The translations under genes and the position numbers were made by a program. Below are positions 52,468-64,000 of a stretch of 64,000 nt of DNA, piece by piece. The notes under the pieces were generated by a model, which was not told the origin of the DNA, did no database searches, and saw only the letters and a list, made by a program, of their open reading frames with translations. The stretch is from the NCBI RefSeq assembly GCF_001949145.1, contig NW_019091360.1, positions 3,346,864 to 3,410,863 of the forward strand. Reading direction: 5' to 3'. Origin of the DNA: Acanthaster planci (taxonomy: Eukaryota). The number at the start of each line of letters is the position of its first letter. Position 1 is the first letter of the stretch.

Positions 52468-52649
52468 CTTTCTCATGTACTCGAAACCATTGTCGTCGAA
52501 CCTGAGTGAAGCGTAGCACTGTATGGCATCCGTGCACCGGGAATTCTCACCGTTGCAGGACACGTCGTCACACTCGCACTCAAACCTCGTCTCATTGCTA
52601 AAGATGGGCTTGGCACTCTCTTCTGCCATTGTGGTCTCCGTGTTATCAC
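52468..52649 (-). CDS. ACVR1: ALK1/2-type type I receptor, extracellular exon
   Basis: RFECECDDVSCNGENSRCTDAIQCYASL...YMRK, phase-1 acceptor, phase-0 donor matching the next exon. Confidence 0.88.
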
Positions 52650-53878
52650 CTGCATTGCAAAGAAATAAGAAAACTCATACCTTTACAAATGCAGGTGCCG
52701 TATCCCCAATCAACATTTATATGTCACTTTGGATTGTCTAAAACTTGAACATCTACATTTGACTGATGTCAGTACTTCTGTCAAGAGCATCTGCTAAGAC
52801 ATCCACTATCAAGCTGAGTGTTTCTCTCTATTCTGTGTGTTTTGAACAGTGAGAGTTCCTGAAGAGAAACTCTACGCATGCACAATAAACACGACTGACT
52901 AGAGCGTGCGTCGAGTAGCTGTGCCAATTTACCAACATCAAAGCGGGAAATAAGTCGCGGCACCTAAGTGAGCACGTGCCAGTGCTTCTCTCAAAAAACC
53001 CTCTTCCCAACTCTGAGAATTTCATCTCCTTGGCAGCATACAAGTGATGGCATCGTGCCGGCAACAAGCCGACGTGAACGGTGAAAAATTCATCCCGCGT
53101 AAAACAGGGATTACATCACCACCACAGACCAGACATGATACAACCAAATGATGGCTCCCTGAAGAGCCGAGCATTTGTTTTGAATCTGCAAGAGGTTGGA
53201 TACTTTCACCTTTCTGGGCCAAGTGACATCAGGGGAATACCTGTGGGCCTGTTCATCTCCGGAGTTGAACACTAACTCCGGCTTAGTCACTTTCATTAAC
53301 GGCCACCGGGGTTCACGATAAACAAAGCCACCTGATTTCTTTAAGTACATGTAATTTCTTCACTAAGTACACGTACAAGCCTTTGCAACTTGAGAACAGG
53401 TTCCATGTATGTGAGTGTTACAAGTCCAACATGCTGAATCACAGGGTGAAGTCTGACAGAACAGCTGAGGTAAGGTCATCGCCATGTTAGCCTACTTCTC
53501 ATAAACTGATACTCACTGAAGGCAACTGTGTGCCATTAACCCTGACCCCCTTGGGTGTAAGTAAAATCACATTGAAATTGAAGGATTTGAGACTGTGAGG
53601 GGACAAGAGATAAAGATCACACTTGTTCAAGTCTCAAATCAACATTGCAAGAATTCTGAAGACTAACTTCTGATTCAACACACAGAGCAACATAACACTG
53701 TGCAGAAACTGACATTTTACATGTTTTCTTCTAAGGGGTACAGCAGCCAATTGGGGACACATGAAAGAAAACAAAATCTGCTTCATTTTCTTCTGTCCAC
53801 ACATTAAATCATGAGTGATACGCCATGCACTCAGCACATGCACCGTACCATATATGGGCATACCTATACATGTACAAG

Positions 53879-54149
53879 NNNNNNNNNNNNNNNNNNNNNN
53901 NNNNNNNNNNNNNNNNNNNNNNNNNNNNNNNNNNNNNNNNNNNNNNNNNNNNNNNNNNNNNNNNNNNNNNNNNNNNNNNNNNNNNNNNNNNNNNNNNNNN
54001 NNNNNNNNNNNNNNNNNNNNNNNNNNNNNNNNNNNNNNNNNNNNNNNNNNNNNNNNNNNNNNNNNNNNNNNNNNNNNNNNNNNNNNNNNNNNNNNNNNNN
54101 NNNNNNNNNNNNNNNNNNNNNNNNNNNNNNNNNNNNNNNNNNNNNNNNN
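53879..54149. other. Assembly gap (N run)
   Basis: Continuous N. Confidence 1.
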
Positions 54150-55045
54150 AAAGTACTAAGAACATTATAATCTACTGGTACATGTACATGTTGGTTACAG
54201 TATAGTAGGTACCGTTCCATGAACAATGTTCTTTATGTTCGTTGATGAAGTCCGCATCATGTCCTTTCTGGATATGTCATGCTGTCCAGTGATAACAATA
54301 AGACAATGCACGTGTAACCGTAGACTGAATATAGTGCCCATTGTATCCACACACACATCCATGAAATGTGGAGAAATTGATTCCAACTTTCAGTGCATGA
54401 TCGCTTTCATATACATGTGTATGTACATGTACATTACAGTACATGTATCTGGGTAATTCCAGAAATTAGGGGTCCCTTTTTTTTTCTGTGTCCCTGTCAC
54501 ATCTGGCAAACAATTTTGTAAGTTCAGAACACATTTTCTAATTTCCAAGAGTGATGAACTGATGCAATTACCTGCCAAACAAACAGTTATAGTTTGAAAT
54601 CAATTCTGGTGATATTTCCATGTCAAATAAGAAAGGTCAGATGTAACAGGGACACAAAAATGTCACATGGACCCCTAATATTTGGAATTACCCATCTACA
54701 AGTGATACGTGTACATGTTTACATGTATACACTGCATGTATTGTACATGTATGTAGTTCTACACAAACTTTCTACAGGTTGGAGCCAATTAAATATTACA
54801 TGCACATCTACGATGCACCCACTCTCAAATGATTAGCCATGCCATAACATGATAGCACCTGCATTCAGACTAAGGCCTAACACACTGATAAATTTACATT
54901 GCACAAACTACCATTTTCATTACGCCGACTGTAATCAATAAGACTGACCACGATTGCATTTCGAGTCTTGATTACGCCGCTTTTATACCGAGCTGCTTTC
55001 ATTCGGTAACAAACAAGCGTTCATTGGTATTCTGAGCTGTCTTAC

Positions 55046-55088
55046 CTTTGGCTTTCAGTGTATGCACAAATGGGTTGAACGGCGCCAT
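55046..55088 (-). CDS. Candidate (alternative) first coding exon of the receptor
   Basis: gccATGG Kozak, MAPFNPFVHTLKAK, phase-1 donor AG|gtaaga matching the phase-1 acceptor at 52649. No hydrophobic signal core. Confidence 0.35.
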
Positions 55089-58000
55089 GGCTCTCCAGAG
55101 TTTACAAAATACACCGCCAAATCCTTGAAAATAGTCTTCTAGAGCTTGTTAAATCCAAATGGGGGGAAAGGGTTATAACGACGGGGCGGTTTGACTTTTT
55201 AATCTGCAGAGAGGTATGATGTTCACACAATTCCTGATGGGGGGGGTATCTGAAGAGGTCTGGGAGGGAAAGGCGATAGTCAGTGCAGAAATGGAAACCT
55301 CAGGAAGGTACATGTACATGTATGAACGCATGGGCGATGATACCGTCGTGTCAAATTCACTCCTCCAGACATGACTTTATCTCGGTCGTTTCGGACAGCT
55401 TAGAGATAGAATGATCAAAAAAACCCTTTCAGCGAAACTGTTGCCCTGCTCTCTATGCAAGTCGATGGGCGACTGTCTGCTCAAAACATGAGGAAATTTT
55501 TCTCCCTCGTAGGTTGCTGTTACCAATGTGTGTGTGTGTCATCTCCAGCTGCTTGGCAGTAACTGCACAGTTCATTCAGAGAGGATTAACTATGTGTACG
55601 GAGCAGCTTTAAATGAAGGCTGTATCATCAGCCCTCGGAGCACAACCATCGTCTCTCGTTAGTTCGTCTCTGGCTTGATTTTGACACACTGGTATGATTT
55701 CATCAACCGATGCACAGTTGTTTCTATCGTAGCACAATAGCCATCTACTGAAGTCAAACTCCTCAACGGCAACCTGTACTTCAGCCACTGGTGATGTTTT
55801 TGCAACAGACCAAAAAAAGCACGAGGAGAAAAAAAAAATGCCAACACCTGAGGCAGTGTTTCCCTCCACTGAATTTCCCCCTCAGTGAAAACAAACCCGG
55901 GTTCTCTTTGTATTGTTGCACGGCAAAGGAAAAGAAGGAGAGACCACACGAGCTCCCACCCTGGCGCAACTTCCTCCTTCAATAGGCTGTAACTGACTGG
56001 CTGGGCACTGGGTCAGGTCCACTGTGTGGAAACACAAACACTGAAGCCCCCGCGCGGTACCAGGGATCTTAGGATTACCAGCCCCGGTGGGGCCCAGCAC
56101 ACCTGCCACGGCCCAGCGCCCACTTGAAAGACAGGCAAGAGGGGTAGGCTGAACGGGACGGAGGGCTAACAATGGGTGCCCATTCAGGGCTCTGGCATCC
56201 TTGAGCTGAAGCCAATGCACACACACACACTCACACTCGGAGCATGCCGATACAAGAGTCTTGGAGATTGGGAGGAGTGAAGTTTGTTGAGTGCTATGCA
56301 CTCTTACTGTTCCCCCCCTCCCACCTGGTGCGACGTAAGACTAAGAGATGACCAATAAATCGGTTTTGTCAGTGCCAACAAAGGCCCCCCTACCGATCTA
56401 GGTTTCGCCCTTCACAATCCCCCCCAATCTTTTCTTCTCTTCACACCTATGCATTGACATGCAGTGGGACGTGCCAAAACAACACAAAAAAAAAGGCAAG
56501 ATGGGGCTTTCATGCAGGGGCATATCTCTAGAGCTGTTTCCATTGTCTTCGGAGTCACTTTCTTCCCGTACAACACGACTCCAGCGCAAGTGTCTGTCCA
56601 TGCATTGAACGGATGAATATGCTAGCTGGCCAAGCGTAAACAATGGAGTCTTGTGAATGGTTCGGCTGGGTAATCGTCTTAGTGAAATCAATCGGGTATA
56701 CACTGTCCAATTTTACCAATCCCTTGAGCAGAATGCGAAGGTGTCTGGCCCCATTGTCAGAGGCGTTGGGCTATTTGCTCCCTGTGTATTCATCAGGTTT
56801 CTAATAATCCCCCAACCTGAAACCCAGGAGAGATCGAAAACCTTCAAAAGCTCTCCCCCCCCCTGGAAAGTTGAATAACACCAGAATGCACGCAGGTGGT
56901 GGACAAAGGGGCCATGAAGATCCGGGTTGGGGCTGGAGAGGGTATGGAGAGGGCTACTTGTGAGGATGGACAGAGGCCATCTTGAGCCCAAATGAGTGGT
57001 TTCAAGAGGGTGTTTTTTTGGGGGGACGACTGAATGCATGGAGCCCTTCAACAGTCTTCATGGGTGGGGTGAGACAGTACACAAACCCATGGGAATATTC
57101 GATGACCCATCACTGGTGTCCAGACTGAATACCAGCAAAAACAAAAGCACACATAATAACCAGTGCCAATCAACATCTGACTCAAAGATTCCGCACCCCA
57201 AAAAGAGATGCTGCAACTTGTGTACAAGACTACACATACATATATGTACATGTACAATGCTTATTCCTAACAAAACACCGTGCTATTTTGACATGTACAT
57301 GAGAGTCTACGATGAAGTATGAACAAGTAACAAATTAACAGCATTTATTGTACATGTACATGTACTTGTCCAGTCAGTGCATATCATGCAGTTTCAACCT
57401 CCTCCTCACAGTCAAAATGGGAGAGCATGTAAAACTGAAAACATGTACATGCACATATGTACACTGTATAGGTAGATGTGTAAGTTCTCTTTCTGATAGA
57501 CACACACACACACATGTGAACGTACATGTACTGTACATTTGACAGAACTCGACCAAGACATCAGTTTCAGGAAACAATACTCCTGCACCTGTGAAACTTG
57601 TATGCAATTATTAAATGTAAAAGATCTTGCAGGAGCCAGACTTTCTCTTAAGTAAACTAACATGCTCATTTCCTATACATGTACGAGTACGTTCCCAGAG
57701 ATCCAAGTATAAAGCTTTCCTGTTTTAAGGAAGACATTGTGGGAAAAACACTTGCTATACAGTGTGTCCATCCACCTACGTCTGAACACATGTATCTCTT
57801 TAACTGATGTGAAGCCAGTCTTCCTTGGCAAATGGTCGCACACTTCATCAATTCTTCAGTTTCTGTCATTGCCAGCTCTCTCCCTGTCCCCCACGTGCCT
57901 TAGGACAGTCTTTTCCAGCCACTTGGGCTGGGATCAACACTGAAATACATGGACTGCCATCCCCTGTAGCCTCAAGAAACAAGGACGAAGGAGAGAAAGA

Positions 58001-60460
58001 AAAAAAAAACCTGACTGACGAACTCACCGAAGCCCAAGAATGCTGAAAGCCAATGACCTGGGATGGCATATTCTCTGTCCAGGTGTTTTTCAAATTAACA
58101 AAAACTCTGGAATGTTATTTTGTTACTTAAGGGCTTTCTCTTCTTATCTTAATAAACATGCGGGACCCGCTCAACTCTGTTATGGCCCACACAGACGAAT
58201 ATTACTGCAATTTCGAGAAAACAATTTTCCTCTACGGATTCGGGGCCACTTAGAAATCACTAGAGTGAAGCGGATGGGGGGGTTTAACTGCAAGTGAATG
58301 TACACTGGGGATGAAACAGCAAGCGCAAACAATGTGAGTGAGTGATCTGAGGAAAATCAATTGAAAGTTGGACTACCTCATCCCTCTTGGCAAGATCACG
58401 TACTGATCGCGTACAGGAACGCGAATAAAGTGACTCTGCGAATTTTACTGATCGGGTACAGGTGCACGTATGTGTCTCTTACGTGCTGGGTATTTTACAA
58501 AGGAAAATTACATGTAGGGTTAAGTATCTTGGCAAAGATTCTAGGGTATGGCACTGATATGTATCATGTACATCAGGGTTTTAGCTACGATGGGGGAAAG
58601 TGGGAGTGCAACTTGAAGAGCCAAGAATTCATGTGCGAAGCACGCAAACCCAGCGCGCAGCACAAAGTCTGTAACAACCGGTGTCCAAGGCCAACTTGAC
58701 AGCTTTAGAAGCTTCTTCATGTTGTCTCTGGTAGTCTCTGTCGTTTTTGATATTGCATTGCTCGCAAGCTAATACACTGATGTGCATACATACAGGTACT
58801 TTCTGTCTGCTTCATTTCACCTTAACAGTCCCAAATCCCCTGATTTCAATATAATTTCACAAACATCCTAGGGGTTAGTTAGGGTTTGATGCCCCCCCAA
58901 AAAGTAGTTCTGCTTCCTATTACGTGGTATATGAACAACTGTAGGGACGTAGGGTAGGAAAGCAGGCAATTCTTTTTCTTGAAGGGGGGGGCTTTTTAAT
59001 TCTGATTCAGTGTGCAGATGGGTGTGAACTGGTTAAACATAAGAAAGGTTGGAAGCATTTGTTTCAAACAAAATGAACAACACTTGGAAGGGTACCAGCT
59101 ACACGTATAAGTCAAACAACAATTTGACACATTTTTTTTATTATTTTCAAACATTCTTCACAATTTCTCCCAATTCTCCCCCCCAAAAAAATTAAAATCG
59201 GTGGTCATACTGTCTTAATAGGGTAAACTGCTGGTCCAGAAAAAGGAAGCGTACATGTACTAAGGGGGGGCGGTGCGGATATACATGTACAGGTACAATG
59301 TACAAGTAGGTGCATACATGTACATGGACACAGGCGCGAGTAGTGGTTACAGAGCCCCATCCCATAGACATGTTATCTGTGTGCACGACACGTATTGTAT
59401 ACATGTACACTCCCTGTCATTATGCCGTACATAGAGAGCACACTACACTTTGTACGTTAACAAAGAAAACTAATCACATTTCTGGGAGCAAAAGCCTGAA
59501 TGCTTTCTGGAAGTTTCAGTTTGGTGTGACAAGAAATTAGTGCAATGATCAGTGCACGTATACCGGGTACACTGTATGTATTCACAGCATTTACGCAATC
59601 AGGGTTTGCTATGTGAACATCCATATGACTGCACCGGTGGGCCTTCCGGTGAAAGGTGCAAAGGGTGAGGCATGACGCATACCTCGTTACCTTCAAGTAT
59701 ATGGATGCGCAGCACTTGACAGTCATGATACATACATGTACATGTAGGAAACCCAGGTCTACAACGGAAGGATGTGCCGTAACGCAGGAGACCCGTCCCC
59801 CCCCCTCCATCTCCACCCTCCAGGTACAGTGGATCGTGTCAAAGGGGGAGGGGAGAGGAGAGGGGAAAGATGTCTGGGAGGGTTACTCTTTCAAAAGCTG
59901 AAAAAACTACGAATCGACTGCAGACAAGTTGCTCAGTCCTGGAAAGGACCTGCTTAGCTGATCTGGATTACCAGCTCAGCTTGCACGGGATGTCTATTGC
60001 TACTGAATGGCTCACTGCTCTTGTTATGCCGATTACATAAATTTGCTAAGTATCTGCTTGAAGCAGCCGAACAATACCGATACGGATGAGGGTCACAGAA
60101 CATACCGGTAGAGTACACAATGACCTAGCCTTTGATCAAGGCGCCTGCGGCAAAATGGATAGTCGCTCAAGGGTGAGGAGCTGGAGGAGACTAGTTTAAG
60201 CACCAAACAAGTGCACGAACAAAGACTACATGGCATCCCGCTCGCACAATCACAACACGCTCAGTTCGGCTATGCGCATGTCCCTTACACAGAAAATGGT
60301 ATTGTGAGTAACAGTTGATTGTACATTACATTTCTCCCTTCTTCTCCACACAGGAACAAGGGGTACCATACCATGCTTTCATACAGCAACAACAATCGTT
60401 TAATGGGAACTCGAAGCGTATTGGTCCGCATGCAGGGTCATGCACATTTGGCATGGGATA

Positions 60461-60634
60461 CACTGTGCGCACATGCCCAACTTCTGATGCACTGTGCGCA
60501 CATGCCCAACTTCTGATGCACTGTGCGCACGTGCCCAACTTCTGATGCACTGGGCACACATGCCCAACTTCTGATGCACTGTGCGCACATGCCCAACTTT
60601 TGATGCACTGTGCGCACATGCCCAACTTCTGATG
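60461..60634. repeat. Minisatellite, 29 bp x 6
   Basis: Unit CACTGTGCGCACATGCCCAACTTCTGATG repeated head to tail six times with few substitutions. Confidence 0.95.
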
Positions 60635-63600
60635 AAACGTAGTATGCATTTTCACACTTATACATGTACACCCATTTGAAACTATTCCCCCTCCCCTGTT
60701 CTCTTTCTTGTTGAGGAGGGTATGCTTCAAATCAAGTCATACGTACAAAGTACATATATTTCAAAGTTATTTGTACTCACCATATTCAGCTGTACAGGAA
60801 ACCTTACATGCATGTTCACAACTCAATATGTAATATTCATTCACAATTGTTCAGATTTGGAGAACAAAGAAACCATCCGATGTGACCAATCACTGAAGAC
60901 TGTGCATGGTTGAACGTGCAGGTAACGCTTTGACACCCATGTGTTATGAAAGTGTGACTATCCATGGTGCTTGAGCGATTAGGAGATGAAAAAGATCCAA
61001 TCGATTAAAAGCACTAAGACTTGCCGGACTTCTAAGGTGAACTGACAATGTAAAGACGCACTGCCGTATGATTGGTCACATCCCGTCTGGTGTGTTTAAT
61101 TAGGGTCATCATTCATGGCAAAAGCAAAAGATAACGGCGGCCATCAGAACCAATGACTAATCGACATGGTTCTCGCAGATTTGAACACTCTGAGAAATTA
61201 ATGACTCGTTTGGGCTGATTTATCCTAAACAGAGGTAACTTTCTGTCCTATCCTATTAACGGTTGGAGGAGAGAATACGGAGCAGTTAATAACAACCTGG
61301 GGAGTCGGCGAGTCACTTGTGGCTTATATTTTACAGTTAATGTTTCTTTCTCTTGGCAACTGACGCGAAATGGGCCAGGAAACGTTGCCGTTTGTCACGC
61401 ACGCCGGGACTGAGTGAAAGGCATGAGGGGGGGCTGGCACGGCCCAAGCACAGATCCCCCGCCGCTGATTGAGAGTGCCGATGGTGGTATTACGTTACCG
61501 GCCGCCCGGCCCCGATATTCCCAGTGCGGTGGAAACATTATCAGTGCCAGCATCTGCCTTTAATTATTATCATCACTTGTCACCAAAATGCACTCTGGGA
61601 TAATCTGAAGTAGGTCAAGTGGAGAATTCTTTTCCCCCATCAGTTGGTAATGAATACCAATTTGTCAAGTGGGTGGTAAGCTAAAAACTCTTGATAGATC
61701 TTTATCATCGGCTTCTCTTCAAAGAGATCACAAAAGAATGGAAGGTGTAAGACCCTTTTTTGCTTCCAGATCTTTCAGCTTGGTTGACAAATTTTAAAGA
61801 ACAAGTATCACTGCTGTCACATGACGTGCAATTACAACCAATATACTACAAAACAACTTTTTCAAATGCTTAACACTTTTAACTAATTTCAGCACACTAT
61901 ATACATGTACCTGGAAGTTGTGCCAACTATTTGAATATTTTCTTATTTCTGTAAACATTTACAGAAACAAAGCATACATGTACATGGTTAAATGGGAAGA
62001 GTACACACAGTACATGTACTCCTTTTCGTCACCAGAATCATTCTTTTAGATCTTTCCTTTCTGAGACTTTGCTAGATCATTTCCCTCTACCAAATGGTGG
62101 TTCACATGTACGGAAACAGTCCAAATTTTGTTACTTTCATTATTTAAATGCAATCTGCTCCTAATACACTACTCAAAAAAGATACGGACCGCTTTTTAAC
62201 TTGTAGTTTTTTCCAAGCAATGAGGAGGGTCTAGTTCTTTTATTTATTGTTTGTCTAGATGGTGTTCTCATTGGAATAACAAATTTTTTAAAAATTCAGG
62301 TCAGTTGTATTAGGATATTTTCAGCAGTAAAATATCCCATATATAAAAGTATACACCAAATAAAAAGTGGTCTTTAACTTTTTTAGAGTAGTATATTTGA
62401 ATTTTTGAATAAGTAATGAGAAAATTCCAATATCTTGGTTCAGACAGTATGTGTACATGTGCACTTATGTCACCAATTTATCGTGAATTTGGTTTTTTCC
62501 TGAAATATGAATGGTTTGCAAACTTTCATTTCAGAGTTTTCCTTTGTCAAATGCAATGCCCCAGTGCACTTTTTCAGGTACATGTAGGCGTACATGTAAG
62601 TTCCTCAGATCCTGCTTTCAAATTGAAAACTGAGCAAAGTGGGTTAATACGAACACAAAGGAAATGCGAGCCAAGTATCAGATGACGGCACGATTAACCT
62701 ACAAAATAAGTTGCATATCCCCCCCCCACCGCATTCCGGCATGACTTCAAATAATCTACTCTGCACACCAGCAGCCCTGACAGACATTCCCAGCTCAGCC
62801 AGTTTACATTTTGGTTCTCCTAACCGCTCTTTTTGTTTTCCATTCAAAAGCCTTCGCATATAGGAAGAAGGGAAAAGGTGGGGAGAATGACAGTGCATTC
62901 AGAAATTCGGAGGGGCCCACGCACACACCCCTTTCCTGTTTATTCAGCACCTTTAGTCTTGAAACATGGGAGGGTTTCGGTCTCCCTCAAGGGGGCCAGA
63001 GAGAGTATTGTCTATCCAGCCGCAGGTCCCTTGCTATTGAGAAAAATTCCCACAAGGAATGGTTGTGAGTTGTGCCTTGCAAAGGCCCACTTGGATATGA
63101 AGCATTTTAGTGGGGCACCTGATGGCACAGGACAAAATATGTTTTCTTTGGACGCCGGGTCTTATGAAAATGTTGGGGGACCTGTTGAAGTGCTCAACAA
63201 AAGTTGTTTTGCAAGGTTGCCCGATTGGGGCCCTGGGCAGATTGAAGTGCTAGCAGCACTGGTCGGGAGGTATTTGTCTGGACGAGGTGAAAGTGCCAGA
63301 CCGGCACAGCAGAGAAATGCAGGAGCTTCAACACTGTGCCGGAAATTCAGACTGTAAACAAGTTGAAAACTGTACAAAGATCACTCTGCTGTGCTAGACG
63401 TCAATCTTTTAGTTAGACAATACGTACGAAAACTGTGATATGCATATACATGTATGGGTAGAAAGCAGTAATTTATAGCAGTCACTTTCTTGCGGCATGA
63501 GAGACATCTCTTTCTCTGGCAACTGGTGACAAAGGTTTTCAGACCTCCGACGATCAAATCGGAGCAGTTTACCATGCACAAAAACGTCAATATTGATTAA

Positions 63601-64000
63601 ATGTAAAAACTGATGGACATCTTAATGCAGAAAATCTCTTTTCTTCTAAAAACACAGGAAAACGCCTTGAAACCGACCTCTTTCCAACAATTCCAATTAA
63701 AAGTAAAAACGACAGACAAAGTGAGTTGAAAGACACTGAAGTTATTTCCAGCAGTCAATGGGCATACATGCATCTGATGAGACCAGGGTAAAAAGCGCTA
63801 GCCACATATGCACAGCGCCTGCATACATGAACAAAATCCTTGCAAAGAAACAATGTACAAATGCATACAAATCTTACAGATGATGTCGAAACAGTACGTA
63901 ATGTACAATGTGCAGTGCATGACTCCCAACATGCATACATTACAGTGTACCGGTGGTAGTGTTAATACATGTACCAGAGCTTACAAACTTGTCCATGTAT

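Noticed and set aside
58028..58075. Strong minus-strand donor (cg|gtgagt) as the receptor signal-peptide exon
   Set aside because: The phase-1 frame has no ATG before an upstream stop and only weak hydrophobicity.
60461..60634. 29-bp repeats as a CRISPR array
   Set aside because: Head-to-tail units with no spacers, eukaryotic context, no cas genes.

Overview
Animal (invertebrate-like) genomic DNA with spliceosomal introns and two assembly gaps. The left two-thirds holds three C2H2 zinc-finger genes. ZF-A (+, main exon 7500-9125) and ZF-C (-, 34877-31516) are convergent paralogs, and the 10-finger ZF-B (+, 12626-17028) lies between them. The right third holds an ALK1/ALK2 (ACVR1/saxophone-type) BMP/activin type I receptor on the minus strand, with 7 coding exons resolved (52649-44999) and the signal-peptide exon unresolved. 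Also present: a decayed pogo-type transposase, several MITEs with identifiable TIRs/TSDs, a tRNA-derived SINE, a 29-bp minisatellite and a possible signal-peptide first exon of another gene at 5060. Main observations: (1) ZF-B and ZF-C share a small exon-bounded N-terminal module (ZNF653/ZNF692-like, possibly ribbon-helix-helix); its exon is duplicated in ZF-C and the matching ZF-A exon has decayed into 5' UTR. (2) ZF-A and ZF-C keep an identical 16-aa C-terminus and an LC8-type SVGVQV motif. (3) The abundant TACATGTA-type motifs appear in the dead transposase as +6-nt TA-NNNN-TA insertions, consistent with Tc1/mariner/pogo excision footprints. All gene models and alignments were built by eye.
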